Assembly (NCBI GenBank): GCA_021786295.1
Contig: JAJYNO010000033.1
Span: 1,775 to 65,774 of the forward strand
DNA length: 64,000 nt
Reading direction: 5' to 3'
DNA from: a bacterium
GTDB taxonomy: Bacteria > Elusimicrobiota > Elusimicrobia > Elusimicrobiales > UBA9959
This document shows positions 9,407 through 19,472 of this stretch, one piece after another. How positions within the stretch are numbered: position 1 is the first letter of the stretch; every line of letters starts with the position of its first letter. Made by a program: the position numbers and the translations under genes. The notes below the pieces were generated by a model. It searched no databases. It saw nothing but the letters and a program-made list of their open reading frames with translations, and was not told the DNA's origin.

Positions 9407-12226
9407 ATGACTACACAAGAGACGGACTATTCCAAGACGGTCTTCCTGCCCAAGACCTCGTTCTCCATGAGGGGCGACCTGGCGAAGAAGGAGCCGGGCA
9501 TGCTGGCCGACTGGGAGAAGATGGGCCTCTACGGCAGGATGCTCGAGAAGCGCAAGGGCGCCAAGCCGTTCGTGCTGCACGACGGCCCGCCGTACGCCAA
9601 CGGCCCCATCCACCTGGGCACCGCGCTCAACAAGGTCCTCAAGGACATGGTGGTCAAGTCGCACGCCCTCTTCGGCTACCACACTCCGTACGTGCCCGGC
9701 TGGGACTGCCACGGCCTGCCCATCGAGCAGGCGCTGCTGAAGGAAATGAAGATGGGCAAGCGCCACATCGACGACATCCCCGCCTTCCGCCAGAAGGCCC
9801 GCGATTTCGCCTCGCGCTTCCTCGACGTCCAGCGCCAGGGCTTCAAGCGCCTCGGCGTCCTCGGCGCCTGGGAGAACCCCTACATCACGATGACCAAGGA
9901 GTACGAGGGCACCGTGATCAAGGCCTTCCGCGAACTGCTCGAGAAAGGCCATATCCACCGCGACAAGAAGACCATCTACTGGTGCGTCACCTGCGAGACG
10001 GCCCTCGCCGACGCCGAGGTGGAGTACCACGACCATACCTCGCCGTCCATCTATGTCCGCTTTCCGCTGCTCAAGCTGCCGGCAGGCCTGCCGGCCGGCG
10101 CCAAGGGGCGCGCCTCCATAGTGATCTGGACTACCACGCCGTGGACGCTGCCGTCCAACATGGCCGCCGCCGTGGCGAAGGACGAGGACTACCGCGTGCT
10201 CGAGGCCGGCGGGCAGCTGCTGATAGTGGCGGACAAGCTGGCCGACGCCTTCCTGCAGGCCGCGGGCCTCGAGGCCTCGAAGGGCGCCGTGATCCCGGGC
10301 GCCTCCCTCGTCGGGCTGGAATACGAGCACTGCCTCGCTCCGCACCTGCCCGAGAGCCGCCGCTTCCCGCGCCGCGTGATAGACACCGACTTCGTGGACA
10401 TGAGCACCGGCACCGGCGTGGTGCACATCGCCCCCGGACACGGCGAGGAGGACTTCCACGCCGGCAAGAAGCACGGTATAGACATCTTCTGCCCGGTCAA
10501 GGCCGACGGCACGTTCAACGCCGACGCCGGCGTCTTCGAGGGCATGAAGGTCTTCGAGTCCAACGAGAAGGTCATAGAGACGCTCAAGGCCGACGGCCTG
10601 CTGATGGCGCAGAAGAAGATAGAGCACAGCTACCCGCACTGCTGGCGCTGCAAGCAGCCGGTCATCTTCCGCGCCACCGAGCAGTGGTTCCTGAAGGTGG
10701 ACCTCGACGGCCTGCGCGAGAAGCTGATACAGAAGGCCGACGCCGTGCGCTGGCTGCCCGCGAGCGGCCACGAGCGCATGGTCGGCATGCTCAAGACCCG
10801 CCCCGACTGGTGCCTGTCGCGCCAGCGCTACTGGGGCACCCCGATCATAGCCGTCTACTGCAAGGACTGCGGCAAGGTGCACGAGGACCCCGCTTTCCTC
10901 AAGCGCATGGAGGACCGCGTCTTCAAGGAAGGCAGCGACTTCTGGTTCTCCGAGCCCGTCGAGAAGCTGCTGTCCCCGGGCGCCAAGTGCTCCTGCGGCT
11001 CCTCGGCCTTCGTCAAAGAGAAGGACATCATGGACGTCTGGCTGGATTCCGGCGTGAGCTGGTACGCCGTGCTCGAGGGGGGGATGCTCGGCCCGGGCAA
11101 GTTCTTCCCGGCCGACGTCTACCTGGAGGGCTCCGACCAGCACCGCGGCTGGTTCCAGACCTCGCTGATCCCGTCCGTGGCGCTGCGCGGCGAGCCGCCG
11201 TTCAGGGCGGTGCTGACGCACGGCATGATCCTCGACGAGAAGGGCCACGCGATGCACAAATCCGCCGGCAACGCGATAGACCCGGAGGAGATCATTTCCA
11301 AGTACGGCGCCGAGATCCTGCGCCTGTGGGTGGCCATGTGCGACTACTCCGAGGACGTGCGCATCTCGGAGAAGATCCTCGGCGGCCCCATCGACACCTA
11401 CCGCAAGGTCCGCAACACGCTGCGCTACCTGCTTGGCAACCTGGCCGACTTCAGGCCGGAGAAGCACCGCCTGCCCGACGACAAACTGACCGAAACGGAC
11501 CGTTACATGCGCGCGCGCCTCGCCCTCACGGCGGCGGCGGTGGAGAAGCACTACGGCGGCTTCCAGTTCAGGCCGGCCATCAGGGCCATCGCCGACTTCT
11601 GCATCCTGGACCTGTCGGCCTTCTATCTGGACTCTCTCAAGGACAGGCTCTACACCTTCGCTCCGGACGCGCCCGAACGCCGCAGCGCGCAGACGGTGCT
11701 CCACGACATCCTGCTGGCCGTCATGAAGATGATGGCCCCGGTGCTGTCGTTCACCGCCGAGGAGGCGTGGCGGACCGCCAGGGCGGAGATAGACCCGTCC
11801 CTCGAGGAGAGCGTTTTCCTGTCGGACTACCCGCGCTATCCCGCGGCGTGGGCCGACGAGGCGCTGCTCGCGCGCTGGGAGAAGCTGATGGCCGTGCGCG
11901 AGGCCGTCACCAAGGCCATCGAGGAGAAACGTCAGGCCGGCGAGGTCGGCTCGTCGCTGGAGGCCGGCATAACGCTGCGCACCTCCGATCCCGGGACGCG
12001 CGCGCTGCTGGAGTCCGCGCTGCCGCTGCTGCCGCAGATCGCCATAGTCTCGGAGGCCTCCGTGGAGTTCGACCCGGCCGCGCCGGGGCTCGAGGTCAGG
12101 GTCTCGAAGGCCGGGGGCGAGAAATGCCCGCGCTGCTGGCAGTGGCGCCGCGACATAGGCTCAGACCCGGCCCACCCGGGGGTCTGCGGCCGCTGCGCCG
12201 CGGCCATGGAGGCCTCGCGCGCCTGA
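9407..12226 (+). CDS. ileS: Isoleucine--tRNA ligase
   Basis: 939 aa with a HIGH-type motif PYANGPIHLGTAL, the class Ia editing insertion, and a C-terminal zinc finger CPRCWQW...CGRC. The start ATG at 9407 gives MTTQETDYSKTVFLPKTSF, typical of IleS. Confidence 0.95.
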   Translation: MTTQETDYSKTVFLPKTSFSMRGDLAKKEPGMLADWEKMGLYGRMLEKRKGAKPFVLHDGPPYANGPIHLGTALNKVLKDMVVKSHALFGYHTPYVPGWDCHGLPIEQALLKEMKMGKRHIDDIPAFRQKARDFASRFLDVQRQGFKRLGVLGAWENPYITMTKEYEGTVIKAFRELLEKGHIHRDKKTIYWCVTCETALADAEVEYHDHTSPSIYVRFPLLKLPAGLPAGAKGRASIVIWTTTPWTLPSNMAAAVAKDEDYRVLEAGGQLLIVADKLADAFLQAAGLEASKGAVIPGASLVGLEYEHCLAPHLPESRRFPRRVIDTDFVDMSTGTGVVHIAPGHGEEDFHAGKKHGIDIFCPVKADGTFNADAGVFEGMKVFESNEKVIETLKADGLLMAQKKIEHSYPHCWRCKQPVIFRATEQWFLKVDLDGLREKLIQKADAVRWLPASGHERMVGMLKTRPDWCLSRQRYWGTPIIAVYCKDCGKVHEDPAFLKRMEDRVFKEGSDFWFSEPVEKLLSPGAKCSCGSSAFVKEKDIMDVWLDSGVSWYAVLEGGMLGPGKFFPADVYLEGSDQHRGWFQTSLIPSVALRGEPPFRAVLTHGMILDEKGHAMHKSAGNAIDPEEIISKYGAEILRLWVAMCDYSEDVRISEKILGGPIDTYRKVRNTLRYLLGNLADFRPEKHRLPDDKLTETDRYMRARLALTAAAVEKHYGGFQFRPAIRAIADFCILDLSAFYLDSLKDRLYTFAPDAPERRSAQTVLHDILLAVMKMMAPVLSFTAEEAWRTARAEIDPSLEESVFLSDYPRYPAAWADEALLARWEKLMAVREAVTKAIEEKRQAGEVGSSLEAGITLRTSDPGTRALLESALPLLPQIAIVSEASVEFDPAAPGLEVRVSKAGGEKCPRCWQWRRDIGSDPAHPGVCGRCAAAMEASRA

Positions 12227-12693
12227 TGAAGAAGCTGGCTACGCCGCTCATCGTGCTCGCGGTCTTCCTGCTGGACCGGGCCGCCAAGGCCTGGGCGCTG
12301 CGGTCGCTGTACGGGCGCTCCGTGGCCGTGCTGCCTTACTTCCACCTGACCTACGCCGAGAACACCGGAGTTGCGTTCGGCATGTTCAGCAACAGCAACA
12401 TGTTCTTCCTGTTCTTCAGCACGGCGCTGGTCGTCGTGCTGCTGCTGCTGCGCCGGCGCATAGACGGCCACGGCACGCTGGCCGCCGTGGGCCTGGCGCT
12501 CGTGATAGGCGGGGCGCTGGGCAACCTCTACGACCGCATCGCCTACGGCTTCGTGGTGGACTTCTTCGACTTCTCTTTCTTCCCGGCGGTGTTCAACGTG
12601 GCCGACAGCGCCATCACCGTCGGGGCGGCGCTGATGGCGCTGGGTATGAACGGGCGCGAGGACCGGCGCGGCGGCGCGCCGGCGGGAAAATGA
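12226..12693 (+). CDS. lspA: Lipoprotein signal peptidase II
   Basis: 155 aa with 4 TM and motifs YAENTGVAFG and FNVADSAITVGA. ATGA overlap with the ileS stop, and the ileS-lspA synteny is conserved. Confidence 0.9.
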   Translation: MKKLATPLIVLAVFLLDRAAKAWALRSLYGRSVAVLPYFHLTYAENTGVAFGMFSNSNMFFLFFSTALVVVLLLLRRRIDGHGTLAAVGLALVIGGALGNLYDRIAYGFVVDFFDFSFFPAVFNVADSAITVGAALMALGMNGREDRRGGAPAGK

Positions 12694-12715
12694 GCCGTTC
12701 CGGCAGGGGGCCGAT

Positions 12716-13666
12716 ATGACGAAGAAACTGATCCTGATCGCGGCCGCTGCGGCGTCGCTGGCCGCCTGCAACCGCTCGCCGGACTACTACTTCAGGAAGG
12801 GCAACTACCTTCAGTCCATAGGGGAGCAGGGCAAGGCCCTGGAGAACTACAACAAGTCGCTGCTGCTCGACGTCCGCAACCCGGCCGCCCACACGTCGCG
12901 GGGCCTGCTCTACGAGAGCATGGGCGACCGCGAGAAGGCCGGTCTGGACTACCGCCGGGCGATAGACATAGATCCCACCTACCTGCCCGCCTACAACAAC
13001 TACGGCGCCATGCTGATGGACGGAGGGGACTACCAGCAGGCGGTCAGGCTGTTCTCCGAAGCGCTTGCCGTCAAACCGGGCTACGCCTACGCCCTGCTCA
13101 ACCGCGGCCTGTCCTACTACAAGATGGGGGATTGCCCTTCCGCCGTGTCGGACCTGACCGCAGCTCTCAAGCTCGATCCCAAGTTCGAACTGGCCTATTA
13201 CCACCGCGCCCTTTGCGAGATCAAGTCCGGGGACCTCGTCTCAGCCGTGTCCGACCTGGACGCGCTGCTGGCGCTCAACCCGGCCGCCGCGCTGGCGCGC
13301 TTCGAGCACGGCAGGACCCTCTACGCCATGGGCGACTACGCCGGCGCCTCGCAGGACCTCTCCAAGGCCGCCTCGCTGCAGCCCAAGGACTTCAGCTATC
13401 AGTACTGGCTGGCGCTCGCGCTCTACAGGAGCCGCTACTACGAGGGCGCGCTCGACGCCGCCAGGACCGCCGTCCAGCTCGACCCGAAGTCCGCCCAGGC
13501 AGAAGGCCTGCTGGGCGACATCTACTCCGCCTCTGGCGACGCGCGTTCCGCCGCGGCCTGCTACGCGCAGGCGGCCTCCCTGGCCCCGCGCTACGCCCGT
13601 TTCTACCGCGCCCGCATAGAGGCCCTGAGCCGCCGGGGGCGCCGCGCGCGGCCGCTCGGGCGCTGA
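12716..13666 (+). CDS. TPR-repeat lipoprotein
   Basis: Lipobox SLAAC at residues 14-18, followed by about 8 tandem 34-aa TPR-like repeats (A..Y...L...P....A...RG..Y). Confidence 0.8.
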   Translation: MTKKLILIAAAAASLAACNRSPDYYFRKGNYLQSIGEQGKALENYNKSLLLDVRNPAAHTSRGLLYESMGDREKAGLDYRRAIDIDPTYLPAYNNYGAMLMDGGDYQQAVRLFSEALAVKPGYAYALLNRGLSYYKMGDCPSAVSDLTAALKLDPKFELAYYHRALCEIKSGDLVSAVSDLDALLALNPAAALARFEHGRTLYAMGDYAGASQDLSKAASLQPKDFSYQYWLALALYRSRYYEGALDAARTAVQLDPKSAQAEGLLGDIYSASGDARSAAACYAQAASLAPRYARFYRARIEALSRRGRRARPLGR

Positions 13667-13680
13667 CCCGGATTAAGAAG

Positions 13681-15813
13681 ATGCCGGACGATATCGAGAA
13701 CCTCCCTTCCTGGCGCAAGAAGTTCCTGGCCACGCGCATGGCCATGGAGAGCATCCTCTTCGAGCGGGAGCTGCTGCAGCCGCACAAGGAGAAGCTCTCC
13801 ACCGGCCTGCTGGTGCTGGGCGGCATCTGGCTGTTCTTCACGGCGCTGCTGGCGCAGTGGGCGCTGCGGCGCGGCTATTTCTTCGCCCAGGCCGACGCCG
13901 ACTCGCTCAAGGCCGTGCTGAACTTCGCCGCCTACGTGAAGGCGCAGGGTTTCTGGGCGCTGGTCAAGCCCGATTTTTCCGCCCTGTCGCTCAACCCGCC
14001 GCTCTACTACCTGGCCTACGTGCCGGTCCTCGACTTCCTCACCCGCGACCTCAACCTGGCCGTCGTCGTGGTCAACTCCTTTTTCATGCTGGTGCTCGCG
14101 CTGGCCGTGTACCTGGCCGTCACCGAGAGCCGCCCTCAGCCGGCAGGCTGGCTGGGCGCGGCGTTCGCGCTGGCGCTGCCGTTCGTCCTGGAGACGGCCC
14201 GCCGGCCGGACCCGGACATGGCGCTGATGGCGCTGACCGCGGCGCTCTACGCCTGCTATATCCGCTCGTCGGAGTTCGCCGTCCCTAAGTGGACGCTGGC
14301 CTTCTCGGTCTGCCTGGCGCTGGGGTTCTACGCCCACGGCGCCTTCTGGCTCTACGCGCTGCCGACCGTGCCGTTCATCGGCGCGGGGCTGGCCAACCCC
14401 AACAGCCGCGACGACCTCTTCAAAGGTCTGTTCGTCGGACTGGTGCTCAATCTGCCGTGGTATCTCTTCGCCGCCGCGGCCGCCGCCGCGGGGCTGGTAC
14501 CGCTGTGGGGAAAATACCACGGCTTCTGGCATTACTTCGGGCTGGGCGCCTCGGCCGCCGGGCTGCCGCTGTTCTCCCTCGGCGCCGCCGCTATGGCCTG
14601 GCTCTACTTTTCGGTCTTCATGGCCTACCCGCACAAGAAGACCGTCGCCGCCTGGTTCTGGTTCCCTTACCTGGCTCTGACGTGGGGCCTGCGCGGCAGC
14701 CATACCGCGCTGTTCTATCCCGCCATCCTCTCCTTCTCGGTGGCCGTCGCCGTGATGACGCCCCACCAGGCGCGCAAGTTCCTGCTGGCCTTCGTGCTGG
14801 CCCTGGGCGCCGTCAACCAGAGCGGCCTGCTGGGGCCGGTGACGTCGGGCCGCTACGCGCTGGCGGGGCTGCCGGTGCCGCCCGCCTCGGTCTACCGCGC
14901 CTCCGACCTGGTGCGCCTGATCTCCGCCGCCGCCCCGTCCGGCGGCCTGGCCGGGGTCTACGGGGACCCCGCCCTCAACGCCGACAGCCTTCGCTTCGTT
15001 TGCTCCAAGGCCGCCCCGCTCGTCAAGTTCGACGACAGCCCGGCCTGTCCGGCCTGCGCCTCGCTCCTGATACGCAGGACGCCGCGCTACGGAGAGCAGC
15101 CCGGCGCCCCGGGGAAGGCGTTCGCCGCGCTGGCCGCCTCCGACTGGTTCCCGCGCCTCTTCGCGAAAAAGGCCTCGCTGTCCCTGTCCGACGGCTCCGG
15201 CGTGGAGGTCTATGCCAGGCTGCCGGCCGGGCCGCAGCCGCTCTCCGAGGGCGCGCACGAGCTCACGGGCCTGTCACTCGGCCCGCTCGCTATCCCCGAC
15301 GCCTCGCTGACGCTCTCCGGTTACGACGCCGGCGCCGGGACCTACGCAAAAGGGGTCCTTTTCGCGCCGGTGGCCGAGCTCTATGGCGGGGACATCTACG
15401 GCCTCACCCTGGACGCCGACGGCCTCGCGCTGGCGGGCCCGGAGCTCTCGCGCCCGGTCCCGGCCGGCGTCGCCTCCATAAAGGTGCGCTCCGCCAAGAT
15501 GAGCGCGTACGCCCTGGAGAACTTCATCTCCTCACGCTATCCGTTCCTCAAGAACCCTCAGGTCAAGCTGGACGACGGCGCGGTTGAAATTTCCGCCATG
15601 GCCCGCGGCCGCAGCCTGGACGTCTCGTTCGCCCTGTCGCTCAGGAACGGCTCCGTGCTCGAGGCCAGACCGCTCTATTTCAGCTTCGACGATTTCCAGG
15701 TGCCCCCGTTCCTGCTTAAGCTGTTCACCTTCAGCAAGGACTTTTCCGGCAATCCGTACGGGATAACGGCCTCCGGCCTGCGCGTCAGGAACCAGATGCT
15801 GGAGGTCTATTAG
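13681..15813 (+). CDS. Large polytopic membrane protein, possibly an ArnT/PMT-like (GT-C fold) glycosyltransferase with a soluble C-terminal domain
   Basis: 710 aa counted from the ATG at 13681 inside a longer ORF. It has about 11 TM helices, a PPLYYL motif in an early loop as in GT39/GT83 enzymes, and about 250 C-terminal non-membrane residues. Confidence 0.4.
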   Translation: MPDDIENLPSWRKKFLATRMAMESILFERELLQPHKEKLSTGLLVLGGIWLFFTALLAQWALRRGYFFAQADADSLKAVLNFAAYVKAQGFWALVKPDFSALSLNPPLYYLAYVPVLDFLTRDLNLAVVVVNSFFMLVLALAVYLAVTESRPQPAGWLGAAFALALPFVLETARRPDPDMALMALTAALYACYIRSSEFAVPKWTLAFSVCLALGFYAHGAFWLYALPTVPFIGAGLANPNSRDDLFKGLFVGLVLNLPWYLFAAAAAAAGLVPLWGKYHGFWHYFGLGASAAGLPLFSLGAAAMAWLYFSVFMAYPHKKTVAAWFWFPYLALTWGLRGSHTALFYPAILSFSVAVAVMTPHQARKFLLAFVLALGAVNQSGLLGPVTSGRYALAGLPVPPASVYRASDLVRLISAAAPSGGLAGVYGDPALNADSLRFVCSKAAPLVKFDDSPACPACASLLIRRTPRYGEQPGAPGKAFAALAASDWFPRLFAKKASLSLSDGSGVEVYARLPAGPQPLSEGAHELTGLSLGPLAIPDASLTLSGYDAGAGTYAKGVLFAPVAELYGGDIYGLTLDADGLALAGPELSRPVPAGVASIKVRSAKMSAYALENFISSRYPFLKNPQVKLDDGAVEISAMARGRSLDVSFALSLRNGSVLEARPLYFSFDDFQVPPFLLKLFTFSKDFSGNPYGITASGLRVRNQMLEVY

Positions 15814-15839
15814 CTCCCCGGCCGGACCACGCCCACGAT

Positions 15840-16664
15840 ATGCAAAAGAACCTGATACTTCCGCTGCTGCTCTGCTCCCTCTGCGCCTGCGTCGACCTGC
15901 CGCCGGGCACGGTCCCCGGCGCCGGCAACGCCGTCGCGCCGGTGCAGTCGCCCTTCAAGGGCCTGGACCCCGGCTACAAGACCGAGGAGACGGCCCATTT
16001 CAAGGTGGACGCCTACACGTCGGAGGACGCCTCGCTCTACGCGCAGGAGTGCGAGCAGGACTACACCCGCATCATGCAGGACCTCGGGCTCTACTCCTTC
16101 GTGCCCGCCGAACCCTACAACGTGGTCATGTACAGGGACGCGGCCGAATACCACTCCAAGACCGGCCAGCCAGACTGGTCCGGCGGGGCCACCTACGGCA
16201 ACGCGCTGCTGCTTTACGAGAGCCCTACGCTCACGCCCATCATGGCCCACGAGATGACGCACCTGATCTTCAACGATTTCATGGGCCTCTCGCAGGCGTC
16301 GCAGCTGCGCTGGCTCAACGAGGGCGCGGCTGTCTACGAGGAGACCCGGGCCGACCCGTCGGACGCCGCGCAGTACCAGGCCCGCGTCAACACCACGGTG
16401 GCGCCCAACCCGATCCCGTTCAGCCAGATGGTGAACCTGGCCCCTCAGGACGAGAGCCAGCAGAACGTGGACCGCTGGTACGCGCAGGTGGGCTCCGTCG
16501 TAGGCTTCATGATCCGCCAGGGCGGCTCGTTCAACTTCTCCGTCTTCCTCACCAAGCTGCGCTCGGGGGAGAGCGTGGACACGGCTATCTCGGAGACCTA
16601 CGGCACCATGTGGCACAAGCTCTCCGACGTGGAGAACGCCTGGAAGCTGGAGATACAGAGCTGA
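15840..16664 (+). CDS. Lipoprotein zinc metallopeptidase (MA clan, HEXXH)
   Basis: Lipobox LCAC. HEMTH at the motif IMAHEMTHLIF plus a downstream NEGAAVYEE that could supply the third zinc ligand. Confidence 0.7.
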   Translation: MQKNLILPLLLCSLCACVDLPPGTVPGAGNAVAPVQSPFKGLDPGYKTEETAHFKVDAYTSEDASLYAQECEQDYTRIMQDLGLYSFVPAEPYNVVMYRDAAEYHSKTGQPDWSGGATYGNALLLYESPTLTPIMAHEMTHLIFNDFMGLSQASQLRWLNEGAAVYEETRADPSDAAQYQARVNTTVAPNPIPFSQMVNLAPQDESQQNVDRWYAQVGSVVGFMIRQGGSFNFSVFLTKLRSGESVDTAISETYGTMWHKLSDVENAWKLEIQS

Positions 16665-16680
16665 GGGGCGGGGGGGCGTT

Positions 16681-18888
16681 ATGACGGGAACTGGCGGGAA
16701 TACGGCGGCCGGGCCGGGCCTTAGGAAAGCGGTGATCCCGCTGGAGGGCGTGCATTGCGCCTCGTGCGTGGCCCGTCTGGAGACCGGCCTCGCCGCGCTG
16801 CCCGGCCTCGCCCGGGTCTCGGTCAACCTGCCGTCCAAGACCGCCTTCCTCTCCTACGACCCCGCCCTCGCCGGCGCCGAGGCCATAACGGGCCGCATCG
16901 AGGAGCTGGGCTACAAGGCGCTGGCCTTCTCGGAGTCGGCCCTCTTGGCGGAGAACACCGCCCTGCTGGAGCTGGAGCGCGAAAGGAGGATGTTCTTCAG
17001 GCGCTTCCTGCTGGCGCTGGTCCTCACCGCGCTCATCATGGCCGGCGACGCGCTGTCCTTCTCGCAGTACACGCTGATGGCCGTGGCCGGCCTCACGTGG
17101 TGGTTCGCCGGCAAGCATTTTCACCAGGGTTTCGCGCGCGCGCTGAGGGCGCATACGGCGGACATGAACTCCCTGGTCTCGCTCTCCACCAGCGTCACGT
17201 TCTTCTACGGCGTGCTGGTGACCGCCTTCACGCTGGAGGGCCCCCACTACCACGCCCAGTGGCAGGACGTGGGCATGCTGATCACCTTCATAAACCTGGG
17301 CCGCTGGCTGGAGGCGCGCTCCAAGAGCAAGGCCGGCGAGGCCGTGGCCGGGCTCTTCAAGATAGCGCCCAAGTTCGCGCGCCGCCTGCGCGGCGGCAGG
17401 GAGGAGATGGTCCCCGTCGGCGAGATCCTGCCGGGCGACGCGCTGCTGCTGCGCCCCGGCGAGCAGGCGCCGGTGGACGGCCGGGTCACGTCGGGCGCCT
17501 CGGACATGGACGAGAGCCTGCTCACCGGCGAGGCCGAGCCGGTGCAGAAGGAGCCGGGCTCGCGCGTCTACGCCGGCACCATCAACAAGACCGGCGCGCT
17601 CGAGTTCTCCGCCGAGGGCGTGGGCGAAGAGACCATGCTGATGAAGATCGTGAAGGCCGTCGAGGAGAGCCAGGCCGAGAAGAGCGCCGTGCAGCATCTG
17701 GTGGACCGCGTCTCCGCCTGGTTCGTGCCGTTCGTCCTCCTGTCCGCTTCTGGCGCGGCCGGCGCCTGGCTCTACTACGGCGCGGGGCTGTCGCGCTCGG
17801 TCAGCATCTTCGCCGCCGTGCTCGCCGTGGCCTGTCCGTGCGCTATGGGCCTGGCCGTGCCGATGGCCGTGGCCGTCGGTTTCGGCAAGGCCGCCGGCGC
17901 CGGCATCCTGATCCGCAACGCCGACGTGCTCGAGCGCGCCTCGGGAGTTGACGTCGTGATCTTCGACAAGACCGGCACCATCACCGAGGGCCGGATGCAC
18001 CTCGAGGGCCTCTACCCCGAGAAGAACGGCAAGGACTTCCTGCGCCTGCTGGCCTCGGCCGAGGCCCGCTCCGAGCATCCCTTCGCCGAGGCCGTGCGCC
18101 AGAAGGCCGCCGAGGCCGGCGTCGCGCCCGAGCCGCTGACCGCGTTCGAGGCGGTGCCCGGCAGAGGAGTGCGCGCCCGCACGGCTGAGGGGGAGATAAT
18201 CGCCGGCAGCCTGAACTGGTTCGACGAGCTCGGCGTCGCGGTCTCCGCCGGCGCCCGCGAGGAGATATCGGCCTCGCCGGAGTCCATGCTGCTCGTCGCT
18301 CTCAACGGCGCCTTCGTCGGCTACGCCGCCCTCGCCGACCGCCTGCGCCCCGAAGCCCCGGGGATCATAAAAGAGCTCCGCGCCATGGGCATCGAGCCGG
18401 TGCTGGCCTCCGGCGACAGGCAGAAAGTGGTGGAGGACACGGCCGCCGCCGCCGGCATAAAGACCTTCCACGCCGAGGTCTTCCCCGAGGAGAAGCGCCA
18501 GCTCGTCATGCGCTATAAGGCGCTGGGCCGCCGCACCGCCATGGTCGGCGACGGCTTCAACGACGCGCCCGCGCTCAGCGAGGCCGACATCGGCATGGCC
18601 ATGCGCTCCGGCACCGACGTGGCCGCGCAGGCCAGCGACGTCACGCTGATGCACAACGACCTCGGGTCGGTCATTACGGCCGTGAGGATCTCCAAGGCCA
18701 TCAGGCGCGTGATAAAACAGAACCTCGCCTGGGCTTTCGGCTACAACGTCGTGCTGATCCCGATGGCCGCCGGCGCCTTCTTCCCCAAATGGGGGCTCAT
18801 CATCCACCCGTCGGCCGCCGGCGCGGCCATGGCCCTCAGCTCGGTTTCGGTTGTAATGAACTCGCTGCGCCTCAAGCGCAAGATCTAG
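16681..18888 (+). CDS. copA: Heavy-metal (copper-type) translocating P1B-type ATPase
   Basis: N-terminal HMA domain with a CASC metal site, CPC in the TM6 motif VACPCAMG, DKTGT phosphorylation site and GDGFNDAPAL hinge. Confidence 0.88.
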   Translation: MTGTGGNTAAGPGLRKAVIPLEGVHCASCVARLETGLAALPGLARVSVNLPSKTAFLSYDPALAGAEAITGRIEELGYKALAFSESALLAENTALLELERERRMFFRRFLLALVLTALIMAGDALSFSQYTLMAVAGLTWWFAGKHFHQGFARALRAHTADMNSLVSLSTSVTFFYGVLVTAFTLEGPHYHAQWQDVGMLITFINLGRWLEARSKSKAGEAVAGLFKIAPKFARRLRGGREEMVPVGEILPGDALLLRPGEQAPVDGRVTSGASDMDESLLTGEAEPVQKEPGSRVYAGTINKTGALEFSAEGVGEETMLMKIVKAVEESQAEKSAVQHLVDRVSAWFVPFVLLSASGAAGAWLYYGAGLSRSVSIFAAVLAVACPCAMGLAVPMAVAVGFGKAAGAGILIRNADVLERASGVDVVIFDKTGTITEGRMHLEGLYPEKNGKDFLRLLASAEARSEHPFAEAVRQKAAEAGVAPEPLTAFEAVPGRGVRARTAEGEIIAGSLNWFDELGVAVSAGAREEISASPESMLLVALNGAFVGYAALADRLRPEAPGIIKELRAMGIEPVLASGDRQKVVEDTAAAAGIKTFHAEVFPEEKRQLVMRYKALGRRTAMVGDGFNDAPALSEADIGMAMRSGTDVAAQASDVTLMHNDLGSVITAVRISKAIRRVIKQNLAWAFGYNVVLIPMAAGAFFPKWGLIIHPSAAGAAMALSSVSVVMNSLRLKRKI

Positions 18889-18897
18889 GAGAACGAC

Positions 18898-19302
18898 ATG
18901 AAGACAAGCACCAGCATGGGTTACACCTCGGAGCACGCAGCCACGCCGCACAAGATCAAGCTGCCCGCCATCGAGGCCTGGCCCAATCAGTATCGCCGCG
19001 GCTACTCCATAAAAATCGAGCACCCGGAGTTCACCTCCGTCTGCCCCAAGACCGGCCTGCCGGACTTCGGCACGATAACCATCGAGTACGTGCCGGACAA
19101 ACTGTGCCTGGAGCTGAAGTCGCTCAAGTACTACTTCCTGCAGTACCGCAACTGCGGCATCTTCATGGAGAACATCGCCAACCGCGTGCTGGACGACGTC
19201 GTAAAGGCCTGCAAGCCCAAGTCCTGCACCGTCACCGGCACCTTCACCCCCCGCGGCGGCCTGAACTCGGTAATCACAGCCAGCTACAAAGCCCATAAAT
19301 AA
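18898..19302 (+). CDS. queF: NADPH-dependent 7-cyano-7-deazaguanine (preQ0) reductase, unimodular type
   Basis: 134 aa with the catalytic Cys context SVCPKTGLPDFG and the QueF motif ELKSLKYYF. Confidence 0.9.
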   Translation: MKTSTSMGYTSEHAATPHKIKLPAIEAWPNQYRRGYSIKIEHPEFTSVCPKTGLPDFGTITIEYVPDKLCLELKSLKYYFLQYRNCGIFMENIANRVLDDVVKACKPKSCTVTGTFTPRGGLNSVITASYKAHK

Positions 19303-19306
19303 TAAT

Positions 19307-19448
19307 AAAAAGGGGACAGGCTACTTTTCCAGGCCTTAAACCTCGACGGAGAAAAACAGGGACAGGCTACTTTTTCCACAAAAAGTAGCCTGTCCCTGTT
19401 TTTTTAGCTATGGAACTCTGGCCTGGAAAAGTAGCCTGTCCCCTTTTT
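19307..19448. repeat. Nested REPIN-like element (an inverted doublet inside an inverted doublet)
   Basis: Outer 28-bp perfect arms AAAAGGGGACAGGCTACTTTTCCAGGCC (19308-19335) and GGCCTGGAAAAGTAGCCTGTCCCCTTTT (19420-19447). The inner hairpin is AAAAACAGGGACAGGCTACTTTTT-CCAC-AAAAAGTAGCCTGTCCCTGTTTTT (19352-19402). Confidence 0.9.
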
Positions 19449-19454
19449 CTTTTT

Positions 19455-19462
19455 TGTATAAT
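19455..19462 (+). promoter_or_regulatory. -10 promoter element for tRNA-Val
   Basis: TGTATAAT ending 10 nt before the mature tRNA 5' end. Confidence 0.5.
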
Positions 19463-19472
19463 AGAAAAGAAG

